From contig DASUAU010000018.1 of assembly GCA_035763705.1 (NCBI GenBank), positions 15 through 64,014 of the forward strand: DNA of 64,000 nucleotides, in the 5' to 3' direction. Position 1 is the first letter of the stretch. Each line of letters starts with the position of its first letter. The DNA comes from Terracidiphilus sp. (lineage in GTDB: Bacteria > Acidobacteriota > Terriglobia > Terriglobales > Acidobacteriaceae). The notes below the pieces were generated by a model that saw only the letters and a list, made by a program, of their open reading frames with translations, did not search any database and was not told the DNA's origin. Shown here one piece after another: positions 10,779 to 20,407 of the stretch. The translations under genes and the position numbers were made by a program.

Positions 10779-10959
10779 CAGGGCCTACCCCTCCCCCCCC
10801 TATTTTTTTTATTTTCACTTTTCCACAAAATCCTTGCCGATTATTTCGCAGAAAGGAGTATGCTGCGCGTCCGTCGCAACCCGTCACAGCACACAACCGC
10901 AATCGCGGTTTCTGCGGCCTCACTCGTTATAATCCTCCCGTAGACGCAGAGCCCGGCAC

Positions 10960-11886
10960 ATGCAAAATTCTCCTGCGGAAAACTCCGGCAACGCCGCCGC
11001 TTTCTCGCGGACAATCATTTACGACCTCGGCGCAAACAACGGCGGCGACATTCCCTATTACCTCAGGAAGGCCGACCTCGTCGTTGCCGTCGAGGCCAAT
11101 CCAGCCCTCTGCGTCGATCTGCGCCAGCGCTTTTCCGCGGAGCTTGCCGCCGATCGCCTTCGCATCGAAAACTGCGTCCTCGTCGCCGCGAGTGATGATG
11201 CGCACGAAGTGCCCTTCTATCTGCACAAGCGTCATCACGTCCTCGGTCAGTTTCCGCAACCCGATGAAAGCGTCATCGATGATTACGACCGCGTCACGCT
11301 GCCCGCACAGTCCGTCCTCGCCATTCTTCAGCGTCACGGCCCGCCGCATTACATCAAGCTCGACATCGAAGGCTACGACGAAGTCATTCTGAGCGAGCTC
11401 CTGCGCAACGGCATCCGCCCGCCCTATCTCTCGGCTGAGTCTTCCAGCATCCGCGTCTTCACGCTGCTCTCCGGCCTCGGCGGTTACTCGGCATTCCAGC
11501 TTGTCGAAGGCAAGACAGTGGCCGAAAACTTCCGCAATCATCCCATCCACACACGCAACGGCCCTCAAGCGTACTCCTTTCCGCAGCACTCCGCCGGGCC
11601 ATTCGGGGATGACCTGCCCGGTCCCTGGCTTAATGCCGACAATTTTCTCCCTCTGCTTGCCGCAAAGGGCATGGGCTGGCGCGACATTCACGTCACCAGC
11701 CTCGTCCAGCCCGATCCAACTTCGCATGCGCAACAGCGGCGACGCAATCTTCGCCACCTGCGCGGATGGCTGCGCGCAAAATTCCACCGCGGCCCAGCTC
11801 TGCATTTCGTCCTGTGTTGCTGCCTGCATACGTTCTGCGCCTTCCCATCCCACGCGTCGCGGTGTAACAATCGCTGCGTTCGTTAA
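10960..11886 (+). CDS. FkbM family methyltransferase
   Basis: IYDLGANNG, VAVEANP, YIKLDIEGYD motifs. Confidence 0.85.
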   Translation: MQNSPAENSGNAAAFSRTIIYDLGANNGGDIPYYLRKADLVVAVEANPALCVDLRQRFSAELAADRLRIENCVLVAASDDAHEVPFYLHKRHHVLGQFPQPDESVIDDYDRVTLPAQSVLAILQRHGPPHYIKLDIEGYDEVILSELLRNGIRPPYLSAESSSIRVFTLLSGLGGYSAFQLVEGKTVAENFRNHPIHTRNGPQAYSFPQHSAGPFGDDLPGPWLNADNFLPLLAAKGMGWRDIHVTSLVQPDPTSHAQQRRRNLRHLRGWLRAKFHRGPALHFVLCCCLHTFCAFPSHASRCNNRCVR

Positions 11887-11913
11887 AAACTCTCCGGGAG
11901 CCGCGCCGCACCC

Positions 11914-14316
11914 ATGCCCGCACGTTTTTGCCGTCCTTTTTTTCTTGTTGTTGGCCTTGCCGTCTGCCTTGGTGCAGCCGCGCGCCTCTCCGCGCAAAAG
12001 CACTCCACAAAAGCTGCCCGCAGCTCGAACGTTGACTGGGCTGTCTACAACGGCGGTCCCGGCGGCGGCCACTACTCGCCGCTCACTCAAATCAACCGCT
12101 CCAACGTGGCTCATCTTGTCCCCGTCTGGCGATACGACACCGGCGGCAAGGGCAACATGGAGACCAATCCCATCGTTGTCCACGGCGTGCTTTACGCCTA
12201 CACGCCCACGCAAAAAGTCATCGCGCTCAACGCCGTCACCGGCCGGCGCATCTGGCAGTTTGACTCCGGCATCGTCGGCACGCAGCCGGTGCGCGGCGTC
12301 ACTTACTGGCCCGGCGACGCAACGCATGCCCCGCGCATTTTCGCCGGCATCATGCAGTATCTTTACTGCCTCAACGCAAAAACCGGCCTGCCCATCGAGA
12401 CATTCGGCGAGCATGGCCGCATTGACCTGCGCAAGGATCTGCGCGGCAACTATCGCCGTCAATCCACCGTGCTCACCACGCCGGGAATCCTTTACAAAAA
12501 CCTGATTATCATCGGCGGCCGCGACCCGGAAACCCATCCCGCGCCGCCAGGCGACATTCGCGCCTTCAACATCCTCACCGGCGCGCTTGTCTGGCGCTTC
12601 CGCACCATTCCCCGTCCCGGCGAGCCCGGCTATAGCAGCTGGCCTCCCGATGCCTGGAAGACCGCCGGCGCAGCCAACAACTGGGCGGGAATGTCGCTCG
12701 ACACCAAGCGCGGCATCGTCTACGCGCCCACCGGCTCGGCCGTCATGGATTTCTACGGCGGCGACCGTGTCGGCAACGATCTCTACGCCAACACGATCCT
12801 CGCGCTCGATGCAGCCACCGGCCGCCGCCTCTGGGATTTTCAGGGCGTGCATCACGACATCTGGGACCGCGATTTTCCCTCGCCGCCCGCGCTCTTCACC
12901 GTCACGCGCAACGGCCGGCAAATTCCCGCGCTGGCGCAAACCACCAAGCAGGGCTACCTCTTCGTCTTCAACCGCGTCACCGGCAAGCCGCTCTTTCCCA
13001 TTCATGAGGAGCCGTTCCCCAAAAGCACCGTGCCCGGTGAAGCGGCCTCGCCCACGCAGCCCGTTCCGGAATTGCCCCTGCCTTATGGCCGCCAGCGCCT
13101 CACCGCGGAGATGCTCACCACGCGCACGCCCGAAGCACATGCGTGGGCTCTGAAAACCTTTCGCACATTCCGCAGCAACGGCCAGTTTGTTCCCTTCGCG
13201 GTCGGCCGGCAGACCATCGTCTTTCCCGGCTTTGACGGCGGCGCGGAGTGGGGCGGTCCGGCCATTGATCCGCGCACGGACACCATCTACATCAACGAAA
13301 CCGAGATGGCCTGGACCGGCGGACTGGAGCCCGCCTCGCTCTCCGGCGATCCCGGCCAGCGGCTCTATCAGTCGCAGTGCGCCGTCTGCCACGGCGCGGA
13401 TCGCTCCGGCTCGCCGCCGCAATTTCCCTCGCTGGTGGGAATTGAATCGCGCCTGACCAGCGAAAAAATTGTCGAGACCATCCACGCCGGCAAAGGCCGC
13501 ATGCCCTCGTTCCCCAACATCCAGGACGAGCAGGTAAAGGTGCTCCTCGCCTATCTCGCAACGCCCGCGGGCGTAGGAAGCACGAAAGAGCTCGCCTCCG
13601 CGCCTGTCGAGCCGCCGCGCGATGCCGCCGGAGCCGCTGTCTATAAGGACCGGTGCGCCGCCTGCCACGGCGACCACCTTGAAGGCCTGGCGCCTGCCTT
13701 TCCCGGGCTTCTCGGCGTCGGCACGCGACTCACCGCGGCGCAAACCACCGCGCTCATCCTGAAGGGGAAGGGCATGATGCCGCCCGATCCCACGGTCACC
13801 GGGCCGAAGCTTGCCGCGCTGCTCCGCTTCCTTCGCGTCGGAGAGAAGCCCGCCGGCCAGGAGTCCTTTCCTCCGGGCGCCGACCGCTTCAACTTCACCG
13901 GCTATCGCAAATTCCTTGATCCCGAAGGTTACCCGGCCATCGCGCCGCCCTGGGGCACGCTCAACGCCATTGATCTCAAAACCGGCCGCTACCTTTGGAA
14001 GATTCCCTTTGGCGAGTACCCTGAGCTGGCCGCACACGGCATGACCAACACAGGCTCAGAGAGCTATGGCGGACCCATTGTCACCGCCGGCGGCGTGCTG
14101 TTCATCGGCGCCACGGTCTATGACCGCAAGTTCCGCGCTTTTGACGAGCGCACCGGCAAGCTGCTGTGGCAATGGACGCTGCCTTTTTCCGGCATGGCCA
14201 CGCCTGCCACTTACATGGTCAACGGCCACCAGTATGTCGTCATCGTTTCCAGCGGCGGCCGCGATCCCAAATCAGCGGAGGGCGGCGCCTATATTGCCTT
14301 TGCGCTTCCGCGCTAG
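11914..14316 (+). CDS. Exported PQQ-dependent dehydrogenase (glucose/quinate type) with two inserted cytochrome c domains
   Basis: YSPLTQINRSNV, HHDIWDRD, GGAEWGG, PPWGTL, GGPIVTAGG; CAVCH and CAACH heme motifs. Confidence 0.9.
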   Translation: MPARFCRPFFLVVGLAVCLGAAARLSAQKHSTKAARSSNVDWAVYNGGPGGGHYSPLTQINRSNVAHLVPVWRYDTGGKGNMETNPIVVHGVLYAYTPTQKVIALNAVTGRRIWQFDSGIVGTQPVRGVTYWPGDATHAPRIFAGIMQYLYCLNAKTGLPIETFGEHGRIDLRKDLRGNYRRQSTVLTTPGILYKNLIIIGGRDPETHPAPPGDIRAFNILTGALVWRFRTIPRPGEPGYSSWPPDAWKTAGAANNWAGMSLDTKRGIVYAPTGSAVMDFYGGDRVGNDLYANTILALDAATGRRLWDFQGVHHDIWDRDFPSPPALFTVTRNGRQIPALAQTTKQGYLFVFNRVTGKPLFPIHEEPFPKSTVPGEAASPTQPVPELPLPYGRQRLTAEMLTTRTPEAHAWALKTFRTFRSNGQFVPFAVGRQTIVFPGFDGGAEWGGPAIDPRTDTIYINETEMAWTGGLEPASLSGDPGQRLYQSQCAVCHGADRSGSPPQFPSLVGIESRLTSEKIVETIHAGKGRMPSFPNIQDEQVKVLLAYLATPAGVGSTKELASAPVEPPRDAAGAAVYKDRCAACHGDHLEGLAPAFPGLLGVGTRLTAAQTTALILKGKGMMPPDPTVTGPKLAALLRFLRVGEKPAGQESFPPGADRFNFTGYRKFLDPEGYPAIAPPWGTLNAIDLKTGRYLWKIPFGEYPELAAHGMTNTGSESYGGPIVTAGGVLFIGATVYDRKFRAFDERTGKLLWQWTLPFSGMATPATYMVNGHQYVVIVSSGGRDPKSAEGGAYIAFALPR

Positions 14317-14435
14317 CAAGGCCTTCGCGTTTGGCCGCGAGGCTGTGGAAATCGGAGAAATCTTTCTACGCTTTTCCTTCGTCTTTTTTTGCACACGTTT
14401 ACGCTATGTTTCCGTCATAACTGAAGGAGAAATAT

Positions 14436-14933
14436 ATGGATGCTCTCAAGGAACTCAGCGCGGAATTTGACCGCGAATCCGCCAACGTCCGTAAGACGCT
14501 GGTGGCCATCCCGGACAACGCCGACTTCGACTACAAGCCCCACGACAAGTCCATGACGCTTGGCCGGCTGGCCGCTCACGTCTCCGACACCTGCGGCGAC
14601 TGGGCCGTCCACGCGCTTGCCCACAACCGGCTCGAATGGACACCGGAGATGAGACCCAAGGATCCGCCCACCAAGGCCGAACTGCTCGCCCGCTTTGACG
14701 CCCAGTTGGCGGATGCCAAGGCCGCGCTGGCCACAATGACGCAGGAGAAATGGGACAGCAACTGGAAGTTTGTTGCCGGTGACCAGACATGGATTGACGA
14801 CACCAAGTACAACGTCTTCCGCACCTGGGTTCTGGACCATTTGATTCACCACCGCGCGCAGCTTGGCGTCTATCTGCGGCTGCTCGGCGCGCCGGTGCCC
14901 GGCTGCTATGGCCCGTCCGCGGACGAGAGCTAG
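14436..14933 (+). CDS. DinB family protein
   Basis: YKPHDKSMTLGRLAAHV and HLIHHRAQLGVYLR His triad; GAAGGAG SD. Confidence 0.9.
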   Translation: MDALKELSAEFDRESANVRKTLVAIPDNADFDYKPHDKSMTLGRLAAHVSDTCGDWAVHALAHNRLEWTPEMRPKDPPTKAELLARFDAQLADAKAALATMTQEKWDSNWKFVAGDQTWIDDTKYNVFRTWVLDHLIHHRAQLGVYLRLLGAPVPGCYGPSADES

Positions 14934-14989
14934 GGCAGGGAAGCGCGCGCACGTTGGGCCATGCCTTCGGCGTCCTTTACGCTTGAGGC

Positions 14990-15643
14990 ATGGACTTTGT
15001 CTTTCCACGCATCTATCCCATCCTTGATTCCTCGCGCATTCCAGCGCTGGACCGCGCCGCATTTCTCCATCAGCTCGGCGCATCGCTCACCCAGGCCGGT
15101 GTAACGCTGCTGGAATACCGCAACAAGCAGGGCAGCGACGACGAGCTCCGCGCCGACGCCGCCGAGCTGCGCGCGGCCATGCCCGCCGGCCAGGTCCGGC
15201 TCATCCTCGACGACCGCGCCGGCCTTGTGTCTGCCGTGGATTTCGACGGCGTGCACGTGGACGCCGGCGACGTTTCACCCGAGGAAGCGCGCCGCATCGT
15301 CGGCCCCGGCCGCATCGTGGGCGCCTTCGGCGGCGGCAACGCGCTGCTGCCCGGCATTCTCTCGGCGCCCGTCGATTACCTCGCCATCGGTCCGGTCTTC
15401 GTCACCACCACCAAGCAGACTGGCAATCCGCCCATCGGCGTGGAAGGCGTGCGCCGCCTGCGCGCCCAGGCCGGGCCCGGCGTTGTGCTCACCGCCGCCG
15501 CCGGAATCACGCTGGACAATGCGGCTGCCGTGCTCGCCGCCGGCGCCACGGCTGTTGCCGTCTCCGCCGCGCTCTTTTCCGCTCCTGATCCGGCCGCCGA
15601 ATTTCGCCGCTGGATGCAGGCCCTGGGCGGCGGATGTGCATGA
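14990..15643 (+). CDS. Thiamine-phosphate synthase (ThiE/TenI) family protein, divergent active site
   Basis: IYPILD, YRNK, DYLAIGPVFVTTTK, GITLDN, AGA.AVAV; canonical NDR, HLGQ and GxSxH motifs altered. Confidence 0.78.
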   Translation: MDFVFPRIYPILDSSRIPALDRAAFLHQLGASLTQAGVTLLEYRNKQGSDDELRADAAELRAAMPAGQVRLILDDRAGLVSAVDFDGVHVDAGDVSPEEARRIVGPGRIVGAFGGGNALLPGILSAPVDYLAIGPVFVTTTKQTGNPPIGVEGVRRLRAQAGPGVVLTAAAGITLDNAAAVLAAGATAVAVSAALFSAPDPAAEFRRWMQALGGGCA

Positions 15644-15849
15644 GCCAACCGGTTCCATCCGGGCCACTCAAAATAGTGGGAGACAATTCCGTCTGAATCA
15701 AGTAAAACCAACCCAAGATGATGCAGTTCTAAATTCAAGGGTTCAGGGAGGCTGCCCTTCGTCTATGCGCAGGCCCATTCGTATTCACTCAAAGCCGATG
15801 CGGCGCACCGCCAGGCGCCACACATTCCATTGCAGCGCGGAGGGTATGC

Positions 15850-17334
15850 ATGCCTAGCAAGCTGTTCGCAACCAAGCCCATCAACACCATCATGGCGGAA
15901 GCCGCGGAGTCCGGCGAGCACTCGCTCAAGCGCGCGCTCGGCCCCATCAACCTCATCACCCTCGGCATCGGCGCCATCATCGGCGCGGGCATCTTCGTGC
16001 TCACCGGCACCGCCGCGGCCCAGTTCGCCGGCCCGGCCATCGTCCTCTCTTACATCATCGCCGGCACCGGCTGCGTCTTTGCGGGCCTTTGCTACGCCGA
16101 GTTCGCTTCCATGATGCCCATTGCCGGCAGCGCCTACACTTACGGCTACGCCACCATGGGCGAGCTCGTGGCATGGATCATCGGCTGGGCGCTGGTTCTC
16201 GAATACGCATTCGGCGCGGCCACCGTCGCCGTCGGCTGGAGCGGCTTTGTCAACAGCCTCTTCAGCTACTTTGGCATCACCCTGCCGTTCGATCCCGCAC
16301 CGCACATCACCTTCACGCTCTTCGGCCATCTGCTGGCCGCGCGGGTCGATCTCTTCGCGCTCTCCGCGCTTGTGGTCATCACCGTCATTCTGGTCGTCGG
16401 CGTACGCGAGTCGGCAAACTTCAACAGCGGTGCGGTCATGATCAAGGTCTCCGTCGTGCTCATCTTCATCGGCCTGGCCGCTGCCTTTGCCTTTGGACAC
16501 TGGACGTTAATGACGGCCAACTGGCACCCTTTCATCCCCAAGAACACCGGCCACTTCGGCCAGTTCGGATGGTCGGGCGTCATGCGCGGCGCGGGCGTGG
16601 TCTTCTTCGCCTACATCGGGTTTGACGCCGTCTCCACCGCCGCACAGGAAGCCCGCAATCCGCAAAAGGACATGCCCTTCGGCATTCTCGGCTCGCTCAT
16701 CATCTGTACCGGCCTTTACATCCTCGTCGCCGGCCTGCTCACCGGCGTCAAGTCTTACACCACGCTCAACGTTCCCGCTCCGGTTGCCGACGGCGCGGCG
16801 GCCATCGGCGTACGCTGGGCCGTGCTGCTCATCGATCTCGGCGCCATCGCCGGCCTTGCCTCCGTCATGCTCGTCATGCTGCTGGCGCAGTCGCGCGTGC
16901 TTTACACCATGTCGCGCGACGGCCTGCTGTGGGAGTGGGTCGGCAGGCTCCATCCGCGCTTTCGCACGCCCCATCTCACCACCATCATCGTGGGCCTGTT
17001 TGCCGCCACACTGGCCGCGCTCTTTCCCATCACGCTGCTCGGCGAGCTTGTCAGCCTGGGCACGCTGCTGGCCTTCACCATCGTCTGTCTGGGCGTATGG
17101 GTCATGCGCGTGCGCCATCCCGGGATGAAGCGCCCCTTCCGCACGCCGGGCGTTCCCGTTGTGCCCATCTGCGGCATGATTGTTTCCATCGCGCTCATGC
17201 TTTCGCTGGATGAGCCTGCCTGGATCGGCTTTGGAAGCTGGCTCATCTTCGGCCTCTTCATTTACTTCTTCTATAGCCGCAAGCACAGTCGCGTGCAGCG
17301 CGCTCTGGCGGAAAAAGCCGTCGTGGGCGATTGA
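15850..17334 (+). CDS. APC-superfamily amino acid permease
   Basis: GIGAIIGAGIF, AGSAYTY, FFAYIGFD, RPFRTP; about 12 TM. Confidence 0.93.
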   Translation: MPSKLFATKPINTIMAEAAESGEHSLKRALGPINLITLGIGAIIGAGIFVLTGTAAAQFAGPAIVLSYIIAGTGCVFAGLCYAEFASMMPIAGSAYTYGYATMGELVAWIIGWALVLEYAFGAATVAVGWSGFVNSLFSYFGITLPFDPAPHITFTLFGHLLAARVDLFALSALVVITVILVVGVRESANFNSGAVMIKVSVVLIFIGLAAAFAFGHWTLMTANWHPFIPKNTGHFGQFGWSGVMRGAGVVFFAYIGFDAVSTAAQEARNPQKDMPFGILGSLIICTGLYILVAGLLTGVKSYTTLNVPAPVADGAAAIGVRWAVLLIDLGAIAGLASVMLVMLLAQSRVLYTMSRDGLLWEWVGRLHPRFRTPHLTTIIVGLFAATLAALFPITLLGELVSLGTLLAFTIVCLGVWVMRVRHPGMKRPFRTPGVPVVPICGMIVSIALMLSLDEPAWIGFGSWLIFGLFIYFFYSRKHSRVQRALAEKAVVGD

Positions 17335-17355
17335 GCCTGCATCATCGTTTCGCGC

Positions 17356-17389
17356 AAAATAGGAACGGCCTCCCTGGGGAGGCCGTTCC
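17356..17389 (-). terminator. Intrinsic terminator between convergent genes
   Basis: AAAATA-GGAACGGCCTCCC-tg-GGGAGGCCGTTCC. Confidence 0.8.
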
Positions 17390-17412
17390 AGCCTGCAAAT
17401 CTCTTCTGCGCG

Positions 17413-17841
17413 TTACGCGGTCGTCTTCGCGCAGTGTTCGTCAAAGGCGCGAATCAGCTCCGCCGCAATCTCCTGCGCGGTGGACTGCTCGATCACGAAG
17501 CGCTGCATCAGGTAAACCAGCTTGCCGTCGCGCAGAATCGCAATGGCCGGCGAAGTGGGCGGATTGCCGTCAAAGTAGCTCCGCGCGCGCTCAGTGGCTT
17601 CGCGATCCTGCCCGGCGAAAACCGTAATCTTCTGGTCCGGCTGCTGCGTGCTGTTGGCCAGCGCCAGGCGTACGCCGGGGCGCATCTTGCCGGCCGCGCA
17701 GCCGCAAATCGAGTTCACCACCAACATCGCGGTTCCGGCCTTGGCCAGAGTCGCATCCACCTCCTCGGCGGTGCGCGTCTCCTTAATGCCCGCGCGGGTC
17801 AACTCCTCACGCATGGGAATAACCATCAGTTCTGGATACAT
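17413..17841 (-). CDS. BrxA/BrxB family bacilliredoxin (YphP/YqiW)
   Basis: PMREELT, VNSICGCAAG (CGC), TVFAGQD.EAT..AR, PPTSP. Confidence 0.92.
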   Translation of the reverse strand: MYPELMVIPMREELTRAGIKETRTAEEVDATLAKAGTAMLVVNSICGCAAGKMRPGVRLALANSTQQPDQKITVFAGQDREATERARSYFDGNPPTSPAIAILRDGKLVYLMQRFVIEQSTAQEIAAELIRAFDEHCAKTTA

Positions 17842-17937
17842 GGATGCCTCCGGCTCAAAGTTTTGCCTGTATCCATTCTAACGTCATTTCCCCGGGCTGC
17901 GTCGCCCGGATTGGTACGTTGGTGTAGCCTTGACGCG

Positions 17938-19002
17938 ATGCTCCTTGAAGAGAACAAAACTCTTGCGCCGTTCACCACCTTCGGCATCGGCGGTCCCGCG
18001 CGCTGGTTTGTGGCCGCGGAGAGCGAGGAGGATATCCGCCAGGCTGCGGCATGGGCCGGCGAGCACGGTGTGGCGCTCTTCGTGCTCGGCGGCGGCAGCA
18101 ACCTGCTGGTCAGCGATGAGGGTTTTCGCGGCCTGGTGCTGCACGTCTGCCTGCGCGGTATTACACACACGCAGGAAGATTCATCGGCTCTCTTTTCCGC
18201 GGCGGCCGGAGAAGACTGGGACGGCTTTGTCGAGCAGACCGTGCGCGCACACTGCGCAGGCGTGGAGTGCCTGGCCGGAATTCCCGGCACCGTGGGCGGA
18301 ACGCCCGTCCAGAACGTCGGCGCATACGGGCAGGAGGTGGCCTCCACCATCCGCCGCGTGCGCGCCTTCGATCTGCTGCAGCATGACTTCGTGGAATTCT
18401 CCGCGGCCGAGTGCAACTTCGCCTATCGCCGCAGCCGCTTCAATGCAGAAGAGCGCGGCCGCTACGTTGTCACGCGCGTCGATTATCGCCTCACGCCCGA
18501 CGGTGCGCCCACGCTGCGCTATGCTGACCTGCAGCGCGCCTTTCCCGCTGGCACTGGTGCCGCACTGCCCCAGGTGGCTGAGGCCGTGCGGAGCATTCGC
18601 CACGGCAAGGGCATGCTGCTGGTCGCAGGCGATCCCGATTGCCGCAGCGCCGGCAGTTTCTTCAAAAATCCCGCTGTTCCAGTCGAGCAGTTGCACAGTA
18701 TTGCCGCTGAGAGCGGAAGTGAGCCTCCGCATTTTCCCGCCGGTCCTGAGGCCGGGCACGAAGACAAAGTGAAACTCCCCGCCGCATGGCTCATTGAGCA
18801 TGCAGGCTTCGAGAAGGGAACTGCGCGCGGCGCGGCCGGCATCTCCGCGCGCCACACGCTCGCCCTCATCAATCGCGGCGGAGCCACAGCAGCGGAGATT
18901 CTCTCGCTCGCCGCCGAAATCCGCACCGCCGTGCATGCGCGCTTTCACATCCTGCTTGAAAGGGAACCGGTTCTCGTCGGCTTTAGCGATCTGCCTTTTT
19001 AG
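17938..19002 (+). CDS. murB: UDP-N-acetylmuramate dehydrogenase
   Basis: TTFGIGGPA, GGGSNLL, GIPGTVGGTPVQNVGAYG, SAGSFFKNP, LEREP. Confidence 0.96.
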   Translation: MLLEENKTLAPFTTFGIGGPARWFVAAESEEDIRQAAAWAGEHGVALFVLGGGSNLLVSDEGFRGLVLHVCLRGITHTQEDSSALFSAAAGEDWDGFVEQTVRAHCAGVECLAGIPGTVGGTPVQNVGAYGQEVASTIRRVRAFDLLQHDFVEFSAAECNFAYRRSRFNAEERGRYVVTRVDYRLTPDGAPTLRYADLQRAFPAGTGAALPQVAEAVRSIRHGKGMLLVAGDPDCRSAGSFFKNPAVPVEQLHSIAAESGSEPPHFPAGPEAGHEDKVKLPAAWLIEHAGFEKGTARGAAGISARHTLALINRGGATAAEILSLAAEIRTAVHARFHILLEREPVLVGFSDLPF

Positions 19003-19035
19003 CGCGAGTCGGCCGGCGAATGCGATTCAAGCCGC

Positions 19036-19788
19036 CTAGCTCGATTCAAGCCGGCCAAGAATCCTGTTGCGTTCCTCGCTCAGCGCCGTGCTTGCCGGGC
19101 CCATCGCGGCCAGCCGCCCTTCGCGCAGCAGCGCAACCTCCGCGCGGGTGGCATAGGCATCGGTCGCATCGTGGGTCACCATCACGGCCTGCACATTTTT
19201 TGCGCGCAGCCATGGCAACAACCGCTGCAGCAGCTCATCGCTCGCCGGTCCATCCAGCGCGGCAAACGGCTCATCCAGCAGCAGCAGCCTCGGTTCCACG
19301 GCCAGCGCCCGCGCCAGTGCCACGCGTTGCGCCTCTCCGCCGGAAAGACTGCGCGGCTCACGCTCCACCAGCGCTTCCGCATCCACAAGCTCCAGCATCC
19401 CGCGCACACGCGCAGCACGCTCGTCCTGCGAAAGGTGTTTCAGCCCGAAGGCCACATTCGCCGTCACGCTCAGGTGCGGAAAGAGCGCCGGATGCTGCGC
19501 CACCAGCACCGTCTTCCGTTTTCCAGCCGGAAGAAAAACGCCCGCGCCTGTGTCCGTCAGCACGTGATCGTCCAGCGCAATCTGTCCGCGGTCCGGCCGG
19601 TCCAGCCCGGCCAGCAGCCGCAGCAGCGTGCTCTTGCCCGCGCCGGAAGGACCAAAGACCACCGTCCATTCCGACGCAAGCCTGCACTCCACCCGCAGAT
19701 GGAATCCGCCGCGCCGCATCTCCACATTCAGCTCAAGCAGGTCGGCCTCCTCGCGGGCGATTGCCCAGATAAATCGCGCCCAGAGCAA
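19036..19788 (-). CDS. modC: Molybdate ABC transporter ATPase (start uncertain, lacks TOBE domain)
   Basis: GPSGAGKS, LFPHL, LSGGE, LLLDEP; follows modB. Confidence 0.85.
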   Translation of the reverse strand: MLWARFIWAIAREEADLLELNVEMRRGGFHLRVECRLASEWTVVFGPSGAGKSTLLRLLAGLDRPDRGQIALDDHVLTDTGAGVFLPAGKRKTVLVAQHPALFPHLSVTANVAFGLKHLSQDERAARVRGMLELVDAEALVEREPRSLSGGEAQRVALARALAVEPRLLLLDEPFAALDGPASDELLQRLLPWLRAKNVQAVMVTHDATDAYATRAEVALLREGRLAAMGPASTALSEERNRILGRLESS

Positions 19789-20404
19789 TCACGCTGCACA
19801 CCACCAGCACCGCCGCCGTGCGATTCGCCGCCGCGTAGTCGAAGTTCTCCACCTGGTTGTACAACAAAATGGAAAGCGTGCGCGTGGAGCCGGGAATGTC
19901 GCCGCCCAGCATCAGCACCACGCCAAACTCGCCCACGGTGTGCAGAAAACTCAGCACCGCCGCCGTCAGCACGCTGCGCCGCGCCAACGGCAGCAGAATC
20001 GCGCCCACAATTCTCACCCGTCCCGCGCCCAGCACGCGCGCCGCATCCAGCAGCTCCGGCTCCACCGCGGCAAAGCCCGCCACCAGCGGCTGCACAGCAA
20101 AGGGCAAACTGTAAATCACTGAGCCCACCACCAGCCCTGCAAATGAAAACGCCAGCGGATGCCCCAGCAGCGCCGCAATGCCGCGTCCGAATGCCGTGCG
20201 CGGTCCCAGCAGCACCAGCAGAAAAAATCCCAGCACCGTGGGCGGCAGCACCAGCGGCAGCGCGGCCACGGCCTCAATCCATGCAAGCCAGCGCCCGCGG
20301 CCCAGCACCAGCCAGGCTGCCAGCGGCACGGCCATCGCCAGCAGGATCACCGTGGTTGCCGCGGCCAGGCGCAGCGTGAGCGTGAAGGCTTGCCAATCCA
20401 TCAT
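19733..20404 (-). CDS. modB: Molybdate ABC transporter permease
   Basis: LPLVLPPTVLGF, YSLPFAVQP, HTVGEFGVVLM.GG. Confidence 0.95.
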   Translation of the reverse strand: MMDWQAFTLTLRLAAATTVILLAMAVPLAAWLVLGRGRWLAWIEAVAALPLVLPPTVLGFFLLVLLGPRTAFGRGIAALLGHPLAFSFAGLVVGSVIYSLPFAVQPLVAGFAAVEPELLDAARVLGAGRVRIVGAILLPLARRSVLTAAVLSFLHTVGEFGVVLMLGGDIPGSTRTLSILLYNQVENFDYAAANRTAAVLVVCSVIALGAIYLGNRPRGGRPA

Positions 20405-20407
20405 GTC

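Noticed and set aside
10927-14037. 1036-aa ORF on the - strand
   Set aside because: Antisense shadow of the FkbM and PQQ dehydrogenase genes caused by high-GC codon bias; no recognisable motifs.
15644-15849. Amino-acid or TPP riboswitch upstream of the permease
   Set aside because: No glycine, lysine, SAM, T-box or TPP consensus recognisable.
17434-17937. N-terminal extension of the murB ORF
   Set aside because: Antisense to the bacilliredoxin gene; MurB homology begins at ATG 17938.
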